From Candidatus Omnitrophota bacterium (GTDB taxonomy: Bacteria; Omnitrophota; Gorgyraeia; 2-01-FULL-45-10), in the NCBI GenBank assembly GCA_023818895.1, contig JAMWCX010000003.1, positions 219,823 to 283,822 on the forward strand: a stretch of 64,000 nucleotides of DNA, in the 5' to 3' direction. Position numbers and translations under genes: made by a program. Below the pieces are notes generated by a model that was not told where the DNA came from, ran no database searches, and saw only the letters and a program-made list of their open reading frames with translations. This document shows positions 53,593 through 63,539 of the stretch, in pieces. Positions within the stretch are counted from its first letter, which is position 1. The number at the start of each line of letters is the position of its first letter.

Positions 53593-53678
53593 TAGTTAAG
53601 GAGACGTTTCCATGATAGCGCGCCGGCACTTTGTCAATAGCTATCGTAGTATATATTATAAAATAGGGAAAAGCGCAT

Positions 53679-54173
53679 ATGAATAAAAGGATATTTTTTA
53701 AATCGCTTGCGCTCATGCTGGCCGTGTTTGTTCTGAGTGCATGCGCCCCAAGAGGCTTGCGCGTGGCGGACGCAGCGCCCGATTTCAGGCTTCGTGACAT
53801 AAATGGGAATATTGTCCAGCTGTCTGACCACAAAGGAAAGGTCATAATACTTGACTTCTTCGCCACGTGGTGTCCACCGTGCAAGATGGAAGTCCCGGAT
53901 TTTGTGGAATTGCAGCGGCGCTACGGCGATAGAGGCTTCACGATAATAGGAGTATCGCTTTCAAGACTGGGCGATACGCAAGGCTTCGTGCAGGCTTTCG
54001 GCGTCAATTATCCGGTTCTTATAGCCGATAGTGCCGTAGCGGAGGCATATGGGCCAATAAGGTCGATACCGGTCACTTTTGTTATAGACAAGGATTTCAA
54101 TATTGCCAGGAAGTATATAGGTTACAGGCCTAAAGAGGTCTTCGAGAACGATATAAAACAGCTGCTCAAATAG
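53679..54173 (+). CDS. TlpA/ResA-family periplasmic thioredoxin (thiol-disulfide oxidoreductase)
   Basis: 164 aa, signal peptide plus WCPPC active site. Confidence 0.8.
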   Translation: MNKRIFFKSLALMLAVFVLSACAPRGLRVADAAPDFRLRDINGNIVQLSDHKGKVIILDFFATWCPPCKMEVPDFVELQRRYGDRGFTIIGVSLSRLGDTQGFVQAFGVNYPVLIADSAVAEAYGPIRSIPVTFVIDKDFNIARKYIGYRPKEVFENDIKQLLK

Positions 54174-54187
54174 AAAAGAAAGGAAAT

Positions 54188-54412
54188 ATGACGGACGATA
54201 AGATAAAGAAAGCACTCGAGAAGATCAGGACAGCGCTTCAGCAAGACGGCGGTGATATAGAACTTGTGAGCGTAGAGGATGGGGTGGTCAAGGTGCGCCT
54301 TGTGGGCGCTTGTGCGGGTTGTCCGATGAGCCAGATGACGCTCGCGAACTTCGTCGAAACTAAACTTAAGGAAGCGGCGCCGGAGATAAAGCGAGTCGAG
54401 CCCGTGCAATAA
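54188..54412 (+). CDS. nfu: NifU-like C-terminal domain protein (Nfu-type Fe-S carrier)
   Basis: 74 aa, CAGCPMS (CxxC) motif in the …VKVRLVGACAGCPMSQ… context. Confidence 0.7.
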   Translation: MTDDKIKKALEKIRTALQQDGGDIELVSVEDGVVKVRLVGACAGCPMSQMTLANFVETKLKEAAPEIKRVEPVQ

Positions 54413-54451
54413 ACTGGACAAAATCCGCGCTTGCGCACCTTCTGGCGCTGA

Positions 54452-55141
54452 ATGCCGGCCGGCGACATCCCCAGAGCCGCGGGAAACCAAATCATGATAG
54501 TAACAAGACAAAAAGGGATCAAGGAAATACTCAAGTATATTGAGGGACGGAAAAATATATTTGTGGTCGGATGCGGCGAATGTTCTACGACTTGCAAGAC
54601 AGGGGGCGAGGAAGAAGTGAAGGCTTTGAAGGACACCCTAGAAAAGGAGGGTAAGTTTGTTACCGGCTGGTGCGTTCCGGAGGCTCCTTGTATCGCCGCT
54701 AAAGTGAAGATCGAGCTTGCCAAACACAGGGCTCAGATAGAATCTTCGGATGCCATACTTGTGATGGCGTGCGGCCTGGGTGTACAATCGGTGAAGGAGA
54801 ACTTGCGCCTCGAGAGAGAGGTCCACGTAGGTTGTGATACCCTTTTCATGGGGGCCATCGACCCTGCCGGGTCTTTCTTGGAAAAGTGCGCGGCATGCGG
54901 CGACTGCGTACTCGAACTCACCGCGCTCATATGTCCGGTTACGAGGTGCGCAAAATCGCTTTTGGACGGTCCTTGCGGCGGCCAGGATAAGGGCAAGTGC
55001 GAGGTCGATAAGAACAAAGACTGCGCATGGATACTTATTTATAATGAGCTCAAGAAGCAGAATAAGCTTCAACTGCTTAAAGAGCGAAAACCGCCCAAAG
55101 ACCATTCCAAAAACATAAAACCGCGTTCACTCACGTTATAA
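54452..55141 (+). CDS. Cys-rich protein resembling the methylene-tetrahydrofolate reductase C-terminal (MTHFR_C/MetV-like) Zn/Fe-S domain; start possibly MIVTRQ at 54494
   Basis: 229 aa; motifs VVGCGECSTTC, CAACGDC, ICPVTRC, GPCGG…GKCEV…DCAW. Confidence 0.4.
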   Translation: MPAGDIPRAAGNQIMIVTRQKGIKEILKYIEGRKNIFVVGCGECSTTCKTGGEEEVKALKDTLEKEGKFVTGWCVPEAPCIAAKVKIELAKHRAQIESSDAILVMACGLGVQSVKENLRLEREVHVGCDTLFMGAIDPAGSFLEKCAACGDCVLELTALICPVTRCAKSLLDGPCGGQDKGKCEVDKNKDCAWILIYNELKKQNKLQLLKERKPPKDHSKNIKPRSLTL

Positions 55142-55167
55142 CCGGCATATGCTGCCAGAGGAAACCT

Positions 55168-55626
55168 ATGCGCAGAATATGCGGCGCTGTCTTTCTGATC
55201 GTGTCCATAGCAGCTTTCAGCTCTCTTTCTTCTGAGCCCACTTTTGAGGAATGGCAGAGCCTTACCGACGAGGCGCTCGACCATTACTATTACCATCGGT
55301 ATAAGGAGGCCGTCGAAGTGGCCCGGGAAGCGCTTAAGGTTGCCATAGAACTGTTCGGTCCCGAAGACCTGAAGGTAGTCGGCTCGCTTGATAATCTTGC
55401 CTCGTATCTAGCGGCAACCGGCGAATATGAGGAAGCCGATGAGCTGTATCAACGGGCTTTTTCCATACTCCAGAAAAAGCTGCCAGCCGATGATGGCTAC
55501 CTTGCTATCTTCATGGATTACTTGGCGATATTCTACGAGAAGATAGGCCGCGTCGAATACGCGGAAGAGCTGAGATCGCGCGCCAGAAGTATCAGGTTAA
55601 AAAAAACTAAGCAGGACCAAAAATGA
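55168..55626 (+). CDS. secreted TPR-repeat protein
   Basis: 152 aa, signal peptide then helical repeats (…YKEAVEVAREALKVAIELFG…YEEADELYQRAFSI…). Confidence 0.5.
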   Translation: MRRICGAVFLIVSIAAFSSLSSEPTFEEWQSLTDEALDHYYYHRYKEAVEVAREALKVAIELFGPEDLKVVGSLDNLASYLAATGEYEEADELYQRAFSILQKKLPADDGYLAIFMDYLAIFYEKIGRVEYAEELRSRARSIRLKKTKQDQK

Positions 55627-55638
55627 GGATAATGTCTT

Positions 55639-58224
55639 ATGTTGAATTTCGATAAAATGACGCTGAAGGCGCAAAGCGCCGTCCAGTCGGCTCTTGATAT
55701 CGGTCGTCGCTACTCAAATCAGGAAATAGGCCCGGAGCATCTTATTCTGGGGCTTCTCGCTGTAGACGGAAGCATTGCCGTCTCCATACTCGAAAAGATG
55801 GACGTCGATATAGCCGCCTTCAAAAGGGATATAGAGGCCTTGATCGCCCAAAAGCCCAAGGTCGAAGCCTCGGAAAGTCAGCAATATTTTTCCAGGGACG
55901 CCAGAGAGCTGCTCGAAGGGGCCGCACGACAGGCCCACGCTCTTCGCGATGAATATATCAGTGTTGAGCATATCCTTCTGGCCGCCGCCGAATTTAACCG
56001 CAAAGGGGAGCTTGGGGCTATCCTGCGAAAATACGGTATAAATAGAGAGGCTATTCTCAATGTGCTGCGAGAAGTAAGGGGTTCGCAAACGGTGACAGAT
56101 CAGAACCCGGAAGATAAATACAACGCTCTCGAAAGATATGGTAGAGACCTTACGAAGCTTGCTCGCGAAGGTAAGCTCGATCCAGTCATAGGCCGCGATG
56201 AGGAGATACGCCGCGCTATCCAGGTGCTTGCCCGCAGGACCAAAAATAATCCGGTTCTCATAGGCGACCCCGGTACGGGGAAGACCGCTATAGCAGAAGG
56301 CCTTGCCAGACGTATAGTAAGCGGTGATGTACCTACGACTCTGAAGAATAAAAGGATAGTGGCGCTTGATATCGGTGCGCTCGTGGCGGGGGCCAAGTAC
56401 CGAGGAGAGTTTGAAGACCGGCTTAAAGCGGTATTGAAGGAGATTCAGACAAAAGCTGGAGAGATCATTCTGTTTATCGATGAGCTCCATACGCTTGTTG
56501 GCGCGGGCGGGGCGGAAGGCGCCGTTGATGCCTCAAATATGCTCAAACCGGCTCTTGCGCGCGGTGAGCTACGATGTATCGGAGCCACGACGCTGGATGA
56601 GTACCGCAAGTATGTGGAGAAGGATAAGGCGCTTGAGCGCAGGTTCCAGCCGATATTTGTAGGCGAGCCTTCGGTGGAGGATACCATAGCGATATTGCGT
56701 GGATTAAAGGAACGCTATGAAATTTACCATGGCGTAAAGATAAAGGACGATGCCTTGGTGAGCGCCGCCGTTCTTTCCGACCGGTATATATCGGATAGAT
56801 TTCTGCCGGACAAGGCGATAGATCTTGTTGATGAGGCCGCCGCAAAGCTGCGTATAGAGATAGACAGCCTTCCTACTGAGCTTGATGAGCTGGAGCGCAA
56901 AATAATGCAGTATGAAATAGAGCGCGAAGCGCTTAAAAAGGAAAAAGACGCCTCATCCCGCGAAAGGCTTAAGAAAATGGAAGAGGAGCTCGAAGGCCTA
57001 AAGAAGAAATCCGCTGAACTTAAGAGCCACTGGGAAAAGGAGAAACAGACCATAGATAGGATCCGCAAGATAAAAGAGAGGCTGGAGCAGGCCAGACTGG
57101 ATGAGGAAAGGTTCGAAAAGGAGGCGCGGCTCGACAAAGTCGCGGAGATACGCTATGGAGTGATAAGGGATCTCGAAAGAGAGCTTGATGCGGAGAATAA
57201 GAAGATGCGGGAGATCCAGAACAAGAATAGGATGCTTAAAGAAGAGGTAGATGAGGAGGACATTGCTGAGATAGTATCAAAATGGACGGGGATACCGGTA
57301 TCGAAACTGATGGAGGGTGAGAAAGAAAAACTTGTCCATATGGAAGAGCGTCTCAGATCCCGCGTTGTTGGCCAAGATGAGGCGGTTACGCTCGTATCCA
57401 ACGCGGTGCGTCGGTCGCGTTCAGGACTTTCCGACACTAACAGGCCGATAGGCTCGTTTTTATTTCTCGGGCCAACAGGCGTGGGGAAGACATATCTTGC
57501 GAAGACGCTGGCATGGTTTCTTTTTGACGACGAGAACGCCATAGTACGAATAGATATGTCGGAATATATGGAGAAGCATTCGGTGTCGCGTCTAATCGGC
57601 GCCCCGCCGGGCTATGTGGGATACGAGGAGGGAGGGCAGCTCACTGAGCGAGTGCGGCGCAGGCCGTACTGCGTGATCCTCTTTGACGAGATAGAGAAGG
57701 CGCATCACGATGTATTTAATATACTTTTGCAAATACTTGACGACGGCCGTCTTACCGACGGGCAGGGGCGGGTTGTGAATTTCAAAAACACCGTTATTAT
57801 CATGACCTCCAACATAGGCAGCACCTATTTCCAGGACGATTCCATTTCGAAAGAAGGTTTGAAGCGCGCTGTGCAGGATGAGGTGCGCAAACATTTCAGG
57901 CCTGAGTTTGTAAACCGACTGGACGAGATAGTCATATTCAATAAATTGTCCGAAAATGATATCGAAAAAATAGTTGACCTCCAGCTCAAGGAACTTTCAG
58001 AACGCCTTGCATCGCAGGGCATAAAGCTAGAGATCGACAAGAAGGCGCGCGAAAAACTCGCCAAAGAGGGGTTCGACCCCGACTTCGGCGCCAGGCCGCT
58101 TAAACGCTTAATACAGCGGGAAATAGAAGACAAGCTTGCCCTCGAACTTCTCGAAGGTAAGTACAGCGACGGCAGCAAGGTCACTGTAAGTATCGATCCC
58201 AAGAGCGGCAAATTCACCTTATAA
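55639..58224 (+). CDS. clpB: ATP-dependent chaperone ClpB
   Basis: 861 aa, two AAA+ modules ([17 protein letters not shown]), long middle coiled-coil domain. Confidence 0.95.
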   Translation: MLNFDKMTLKAQSAVQSALDIGRRYSNQEIGPEHLILGLLAVDGSIAVSILEKMDVDIAAFKRDIEALIAQKPKVEASESQQYFSRDARELLEGAARQAHALRDEYISVEHILLAAAEFNRKGELGAILRKYGINREAILNVLREVRGSQTVTDQNPEDKYNALERYGRDLTKLAREGKLDPVIGRDEEIRRAIQVLARRTKNNPVLIGDPGTGKTAIAEGLARRIVSGDVPTTLKNKRIVALDIGALVAGAKYRGEFEDRLKAVLKEIQTKAGEIILFIDELHTLVGAGGAEGAVDASNMLKPALARGELRCIGATTLDEYRKYVEKDKALERRFQPIFVGEPSVEDTIAILRGLKERYEIYHGVKIKDDALVSAAVLSDRYISDRFLPDKAIDLVDEAAAKLRIEIDSLPTELDELERKIMQYEIEREALKKEKDASSRERLKKMEEELEGLKKKSAELKSHWEKEKQTIDRIRKIKERLEQARLDEERFEKEARLDKVAEIRYGVIRDLERELDAENKKMREIQNKNRMLKEEVDEEDIAEIVSKWTGIPVSKLMEGEKEKLVHMEERLRSRVVGQDEAVTLVSNAVRRSRSGLSDTNRPIGSFLFLGPTGVGKTYLAKTLAWFLFDDENAIVRIDMSEYMEKHSVSRLIGAPPGYVGYEEGGQLTERVRRRPYCVILFDEIEKAHHDVFNILLQILDDGRLTDGQGRVVNFKNTVIIMTSNIGSTYFQDDSISKEGLKRAVQDEVRKHFRPEFVNRLDEIVIFNKLSENDIEKIVDLQLKELSERLASQGIKLEIDKKAREKLAKEGFDPDFGARPLKRLIQREIEDKLALELLEGKYSDGSKVTVSIDPKSGKFTL

Positions 58225-58268
58225 TAACGATCCCAGAAAGCGGTTAGCAACGGGTTTTTAATAAAATA

Positions 58269-58293
58269 ATAGTTGACAAAAATAGTCAGGTAT
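58269..58293 (+). promoter_or_regulatory. IscR type-1 operator ATAGTTGACAAAAATAGTCAGGTAT overlapping the -35 (TTGACA 58274-79) of the iscRSU promoter
   Basis: 24/25 match to the type-1 IscR consensus ATASYYGACTRWWWYAGTCRRSTAT (consensus recalled from the E. coli literature); internal TGAC…GTCA dyad; 17 nt upstream of the iscR start. Confidence 0.55.
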
Positions 58294-58309
58294 GATATCT
58301 TATTTACGT

Positions 58310-58750
58310 ATGAAGCTTTCAACGAAATCTACATACGGATTAAGGGCGATGCTTGCGATTGCTATGAAAGATAAGAATACGGCAACGTCTATAAATGATA
58401 TATCAGGCGCCGAAGGCATATCGGTGGCGTATCTTGAGCAGCTTCTCAACAGGCTCAGAAGGCATGGGCTTGTCGAGAGCGTCCGTGGTCCAAAAGGCGG
58501 TTATATATTATCAAGGCGCCCTTCTGAGATAACCGTCGCTGACATAGTAAAGACGCTCGAAGGCAATATTTATCCGGTACACTGTGTATCACCGAAGAAC
58601 GGCCCTTTGAGCGCCTGCTCTAGAGGAGCGTCATGCGTTCCGAAAATAGTATGGCACAAACTAGCCAGGGCCATAAGCGATTGTCTTGAATCCATCACCC
58701 TGGAAGATCTGTGCGCCGAAGCGATAAGGATTAAACGAAGAAAATCTTAA
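58310..58750 (+). CDS. iscR: Rrf2-family Fe-S regulator IscR (start re-called to MKLSTKSTYG)
   Basis: 146 aa from 58310; wHTH and Cys-x10-Cys-x5-Cys-x6-His (HCVSPKNGPLSACSRGASCVPKIVWH); directly upstream of iscS-iscU. Confidence 0.8.
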   Translation: MKLSTKSTYGLRAMLAIAMKDKNTATSINDISGAEGISVAYLEQLLNRLRRHGLVESVRGPKGGYILSRRPSEITVADIVKTLEGNIYPVHCVSPKNGPLSACSRGASCVPKIVWHKLARAISDCLESITLEDLCAEAIRIKRRKS

Positions 58751-58758
58751 GGAATACC

Positions 58759-59928
58759 ATGCGAAAAGTATACCTTGATAATAACGCCACCACGAGGATG
58801 CGTGAAGAAGTTCTTGAGGCTATGCTACCATATCTAAAGGATATCTACGGAAATGCCTCAAGCGTTCACCAATTCGGCCGAGCGGCGCGCGCGGCACTTG
58901 ACAATGCGCGTAACCAGGTCGCCTCATTTCTTGGGGCAGCAAGCCCTGAAGAGATAATATTTACCTCCGGCGGAACAGAGTCAGACAACCTGGCGATAAA
59001 AGGCGTAGCACACGCAATGCGCTCAAAAGGAGATCACCTCATCACAACCGCAATAGAGCACAGCGCTGTTTTAAATACTTGCCGGGCGCTCGAGAAAGAT
59101 GGCTATAAGGTTACATATCTGCCTGTAGACGAATACGGCTTGGTTTCAGTGGATAGCTTGCGTAAGGCTATAGGCCCCCAAACAGTACTTATTAGCATAA
59201 TGTATGCCAACAATGAGGTTGGAACGATCGAGCCGATAACCGAACTCGCTGAGGTGGCAAAAGAAAGAGGGGTTTATTTCCATACGGACGCGGTGCAGGC
59301 ACTAGGAAAGATATCTTTTGACCTTAGTTCTCTTCCGGTGGACCTTTTGTCGATGTCCGGCCACAAGATTTATGGCCCGAAGGGCGTGGGAGTTCTTTAT
59401 ATAAGGAAGGGAACACGTATAGATGCCATTGCTCACGGCGGCCATCATGAGATGAATAAAAGGGCCGGTACCGAAAATGTGCCTGCCATTGTAGGGCTTG
59501 GCAGGGCTTGTGAACTCGCCAAAAAAGAACTGCCAGACGAGTGGCGGAAGTTGATAGCGCTTCGTGACAGGTTATACCAGGGCATAATGTCAAAGATACC
59601 GCACGTTAGTCTGTTCGGACATCCGGAAAAGCGGCTTCCCAATACCCTAAATGTCGGATTCAAATATCTTGAAGGGGAGTCAATCCTTCTCAATCTCGAC
59701 ATGGAGGGCATAGCGGTCTCCACAGGCTCAGCCTGCACTTCCGGCACCCTTGAGCCTTCGCACGTTCTAACCGCTATGGGCATAGACCCGGCGGACGCTC
59801 AAGGGGCGATACGGTTTTCTCTCGGCAGGGACAATACAGAGGAGGACATTGATTACGTTCTTACGATGCTGCCTCCTATAATACAGAGACTAAGGGATAT
59901 GTCGCCTCTTTACGAGAAAGGAAATTAA
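58759..59928 (+). CDS. iscS: cysteine desulfurase (NifS/IscS)
   Basis: 389 aa; PLP Lys in SGHKIYGPKG, active-site loop SGSACTS. Confidence 0.9.
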   Translation: MRKVYLDNNATTRMREEVLEAMLPYLKDIYGNASSVHQFGRAARAALDNARNQVASFLGAASPEEIIFTSGGTESDNLAIKGVAHAMRSKGDHLITTAIEHSAVLNTCRALEKDGYKVTYLPVDEYGLVSVDSLRKAIGPQTVLISIMYANNEVGTIEPITELAEVAKERGVYFHTDAVQALGKISFDLSSLPVDLLSMSGHKIYGPKGVGVLYIRKGTRIDAIAHGGHHEMNKRAGTENVPAIVGLGRACELAKKELPDEWRKLIALRDRLYQGIMSKIPHVSLFGHPEKRLPNTLNVGFKYLEGESILLNLDMEGIAVSTGSACTSGTLEPSHVLTAMGIDPADAQGAIRFSLGRDNTEEDIDYVLTMLPPIIQRLRDMSPLYEKGN

Positions 59929-59929
59929 G

Positions 59930-60373
59930 ATGGAAGGCCAGTATTCAGAAAAGGTTATGGAACATTTCAGGAACCCCCATAATGTTGGCGAGATACCGGA
60001 TGCCGACGGCGTAGGAAATGTAGGCAATCCTGTTTGCGGCGACATCATGAGGCTTTATATAAAGGTCGATGAAAACGAGGTTATAACAGACGCTAAATTC
60101 AAGACATTCGGCTGTGGGGCAGCTATAGCCACCTCTAGTATGGTGACCGATCTCGTTAAAGGTAAGACCATAACCGAGGCACTTAGGATATCCAACCGGG
60201 CGGTGGCCGAAGCGCTCGGAGGACTGCCAAAGATAAAGATGCACTGCTCGGTTCTTGCCGAACAGGCTCTTCGTAGCGCGATTAATGATTATCTTGCCAA
60301 ACACGGCAAGCCTACAATTAAGGAGCCTCGCTCGATCCATGAGAATTCTGGTGAACCTAATCTGGGGGATTAA
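59930..60373 (+). CDS. iscU: Fe-S cluster assembly scaffold (NifU/IscU)
   Basis: 147 aa; three cluster Cys (GNPVCGD, GCGAAIA, MHCSVLA). Confidence 0.9.
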   Translation: MEGQYSEKVMEHFRNPHNVGEIPDADGVGNVGNPVCGDIMRLYIKVDENEVITDAKFKTFGCGAAIATSSMVTDLVKGKTITEALRISNRAVAEALGGLPKIKMHCSVLAEQALRSAINDYLAKHGKPTIKEPRSIHENSGEPNLGD

Positions 60374-60430
60374 GGTAAGCCCCGTCGGCCCAAAAAGTTC
60401 GGCGCGGTAAAATAAAAAAGGTTCCGCAGG

Positions 60431-60979
60431 ATGAAGCACAAGATACGCATCCATATCAAGGAAAAGCATAAATCCTATTCCTTGCTTGAAAAAGCAGCCA
60501 AAAGTGATATAATAAAAAATAAGCTTTTTAATGAGGAGGAATTTAAAAAGGCAAAGGTTGTGATGTTTTACGTCTCGTTAAAGGATGAAGTCAACACGAT
60601 TTCCATGATAGACGAGACTATTAAGATGGGAAAGAAGGTCTGCGTACCGGTGATACTGAAGGAAGATAAGAGGCTTGTAGCAGGCGAGATCAAAGATAGG
60701 GAAAAAGATTTGGAAAGACAGCATTTCGGAATCTACCAGCCCAAAGCTGGACATGTTAGGGAGGTTCCTTTAGACGATATAGATCTGGTTGTGGTGCCCG
60801 GCGTAGCCTTCGACAGAAATAATGTCAGGCTGGGCCGCGGTCACGGTTATTACGACCGGTTCCTATGCGGTCTTCCCGAAAAGACAAAGACCATAGGTCT
60901 TGCCTTTGATTTTCAGGTAGTCGAACATCTTCCCAAAGACTCACACGATATTCCCGTCTCCAAAATCATCACAGCTTAA
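60431..60979 (+). CDS. 5-formyltetrahydrofolate cyclo-ligase
   Basis: 182 aa; …VPGVAFDRNNVRLGRGHGYYDRFL… signature. Confidence 0.8.
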   Translation: MKHKIRIHIKEKHKSYSLLEKAAKSDIIKNKLFNEEEFKKAKVVMFYVSLKDEVNTISMIDETIKMGKKVCVPVILKEDKRLVAGEIKDREKDLERQHFGIYQPKAGHVREVPLDDIDLVVVPGVAFDRNNVRLGRGHGYYDRFLCGLPEKTKTIGLAFDFQVVEHLPKDSHDIPVSKIITA

Positions 60980-61085
60980 AATAATCAATATCCAGAAGTC
61001 CGTAGCCAATTTAAGCTAAGAAAGCGCCAATTGACTACAGAACATGCGCTATTGACTTCTGATTCTAACCACGGAGGATACAAAC

Positions 61086-62657
61086 ATGCATCAGGATACT
61101 ACAATAATTTACATAGGGCTAGCAGGACTGGCAGCGATCTTCTTCTTCGCTCTCGGGTATTTTATAAGGAAGATTCACGCCAAAGGCAAAGTCAAAAACG
61201 CCGAAGATAAGGCTAGGAAAATTACAGAAGAAGCCAAGGTTGAAGCGGAAAAGATAAGACATGAGGCAGAGCTGCAGGCGAAAGACCTTCTGCTTAAATT
61301 AAGGACGGAATTTGAGAGGGAAACGAAGGACCGGCGGCAGGAACTTATCGTTCTGGAAAAGAGGCTTATACAGAAAGAGGAGAATCTGGACAGAAAAGTC
61401 GATATACTGGAACGAAAGGACAAGGACATTGAAAGGCGCGAACACTCTCTTTCGGATAAAGAGAAGCTCGTTATCTCTAAAGAAAAGGAACTTGAGAAAC
61501 TGCTGCAGGAAGAGAAGGAAAGGCTCCAGAGTATATCCGGAATGACTCGCGATGAGGCTAGGCAGCTTCTGTTGAAAAAGCTGGAAGACGAGGTTAAGCA
61601 AGAGGCCGCGCTTATGATAAAAAGGACTGAGGAGGAAGCCAAGGAAAAGGCCGACAAAGAGGCGCGTAAGATAATAGGACTTGCGATACAGCGGTGCGCC
61701 GCTGATCATACCGTCGAGACAACCGTAAGCGTGGTAAACCTGCCTAATGACGAGATGAAGGGCAGGATAATCGGCCGCGAGGGTAGGAATATCAGAGCTC
61801 TTGAAATTGCTACTGGCATAGACGTCATCATAGACGATACGCCGGAAGCCGTGATACTTTCCGGATTTGATCCGATAAAGCGCGAGATAGCTAAAATAGC
61901 GCTCGAGCGGCTCCTTGAGGACGGGCGTATTCATCCTGGCAGGATCGAGGAGATAGTCGAGAAGGTTAAGAAGGATATGGAGAATACCATCCGTGAAGAG
62001 GGTGAAAAGGCCCTTTTCGATACCGGTTTACATGGGCTACACCCCGAGATAATCAAACTCCTCGGCAGGCTTAAATACAGGACGAGCTACGGCCAAAACG
62101 TGTTGCAGCATTCTGTGGAGGTCGCTCATCTTATGGGTGTTATGGCGAGTGAGCTTAAGCTGGATTTTAATCTCGCCAAACGTATAGGCCTTCTGCATGA
62201 TATAGGAAAAGCCGTAAGCCATGAAATGGAAGGCACGCATTCAAAACTGGGGGCAGATCTGGCCAGGAAATACGGAGAAAGCGAAAATATCTGCCATGCG
62301 ATAGAGGCACATCATCAGGATATAGAACCCAAGACGCTTTTAGCCGTACTTGTCCAGGCGGCCGACTCTATAAGCGCAACGCGGCCAGGCGCAAGGCGCG
62401 AAACACTTGAAACCTATGTTAAAAGGCTTGAAAAACTCGAAACGATAGCCGATTCCTTCAAAGGAGTCGCCAAGGCGTATGCCATACAGGCGGGCAGAGA
62501 GATACGAGTTATGGTGCAGCCGGATAAGGTATCAGATGCTCAAGCTGCCGTACTAGCGCGCGATATTACCAAAAAGATAGAAGAAGGCCTTGAGTATCCG
62601 GGCCAGATCAAAGTGACAGTGGTAAGAGAGACCAGGGCAGTGGAATATGCTAAATAG
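61086..62657 (+). CDS. rny: ribonuclease Y
   Basis: 523 aa; N-terminal TM, coiled coil, KH domain ([15 protein letters not shown]), HD domain (HSVEVAHL…LLHDIGK). Confidence 0.9.
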   Translation: MHQDTTIIYIGLAGLAAIFFFALGYFIRKIHAKGKVKNAEDKARKITEEAKVEAEKIRHEAELQAKDLLLKLRTEFERETKDRRQELIVLEKRLIQKEENLDRKVDILERKDKDIERREHSLSDKEKLVISKEKELEKLLQEEKERLQSISGMTRDEARQLLLKKLEDEVKQEAALMIKRTEEEAKEKADKEARKIIGLAIQRCAADHTVETTVSVVNLPNDEMKGRIIGREGRNIRALEIATGIDVIIDDTPEAVILSGFDPIKREIAKIALERLLEDGRIHPGRIEEIVEKVKKDMENTIREEGEKALFDTGLHGLHPEIIKLLGRLKYRTSYGQNVLQHSVEVAHLMGVMASELKLDFNLAKRIGLLHDIGKAVSHEMEGTHSKLGADLARKYGESENICHAIEAHHQDIEPKTLLAVLVQAADSISATRPGARRETLETYVKRLEKLETIADSFKGVAKAYAIQAGREIRVMVQPDKVSDAQAAVLARDITKKIEEGLEYPGQIKVTVVRETRAVEYAK

Positions 62658-62731
62658 TTGGTAGTCAAGAACCAATAGTTCATAGACAGGTTTATTACTA
62701 ACCTCCTGGCTGTTAAATAAAACGAGGTGTT

Positions 62732-63520
62732 TTGATGAAGATCCTATTCATTGGCGATATTGTGGGCGAGCCCGGTAGGCGAGCTGTCGAGAAACTTTTG
62801 CCAAAGATAAAAAAGCGGGAGGGCTTAGAGTTCGTGGTGGCTAACGGCGAAAATGTTGCTGGGGGAAGTGGGGTTACACCGGCGCTCGCGGACGAACTTT
62901 TTGAGCATGGCGTTGATGTCCTGACCTCAGGAGACCACATCTGGAAGCGTAAAGAGATCGTGGAGAAACTTGATTCTGACAGAAGACTCTTAAGGCCGGC
63001 TAACTATCCCTCCAGTGTGCCCGGTTTCGGCTCAACAGTGATAGCTTCATCCTCCGGCACGAGCGTAGGGGTTATTAATCTGGTTGGCAGGGTCTTTATG
63101 CAGCCGGTCGAATGCCCCTTCAGGGTTGCCAGAGAAGAGATCGAAAGGATGAAGACCAAGTCACGTGTGATAATCATTGATATTCATGCTGAGGCTACAA
63201 GCGAGAAGATCGCCCTCGGCTGGTACCTCGACGGGATGGCGAGCGCTGTCATTGGAACGCATACGCACGTCCAGACCGCCGATGATAAGATACTGCCGGG
63301 CGGCACAGCTTTTATTTCGGATGCGGGAATGACAGGACCTTTCGACGGCGTAATAGGCCGCAAGAAAGAACAGATACTAACGCGTTTTATAACCCAGATG
63401 CCGGCGCGTTTCGAAATGGCAGAAGGCGATATACAGATGCACGGAGTTGTCATTGATGTAGATGACAAGACGGGCAGGGCCGAGTCGGTCAGGCGCATCC
63501 AAGAAAAACTTTGCGACTGA
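62732..63520 (+). CDS. ymdB: YmdB-family metallophosphoesterase (TIGR00282; 2',3'-cyclic-nucleotide phosphodiesterase)
   Basis: 262 aa, MKILFIGDIVG…NGEN…GDH calcineurin-like motifs; conserved rny-ymdB pair. Confidence 0.8.
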   Translation: MMKILFIGDIVGEPGRRAVEKLLPKIKKREGLEFVVANGENVAGGSGVTPALADELFEHGVDVLTSGDHIWKRKEIVEKLDSDRRLLRPANYPSSVPGFGSTVIASSSGTSVGVINLVGRVFMQPVECPFRVAREEIERMKTKSRVIIIDIHAEATSEKIALGWYLDGMASAVIGTHTHVQTADDKILPGGTAFISDAGMTGPFDGVIGRKKEQILTRFITQMPARFEMAEGDIQMHGVVIDVDDKTGRAESVRRIQEKLCD

Positions 63521-63539
63521 TCTTTTCAGCAGAAATCAG

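Noticed and set aside
60374-60430. 6S RNA (ssrS) expected upstream of the 5-formyl-THF cyclo-ligase gene, as in many bacteria
   Set aside because: Only 57 nt separate iscU and the cyclo-ligase gene, which is too short for a 6S RNA. If the organism has one it is elsewhere (see candidate at 43087-43252).
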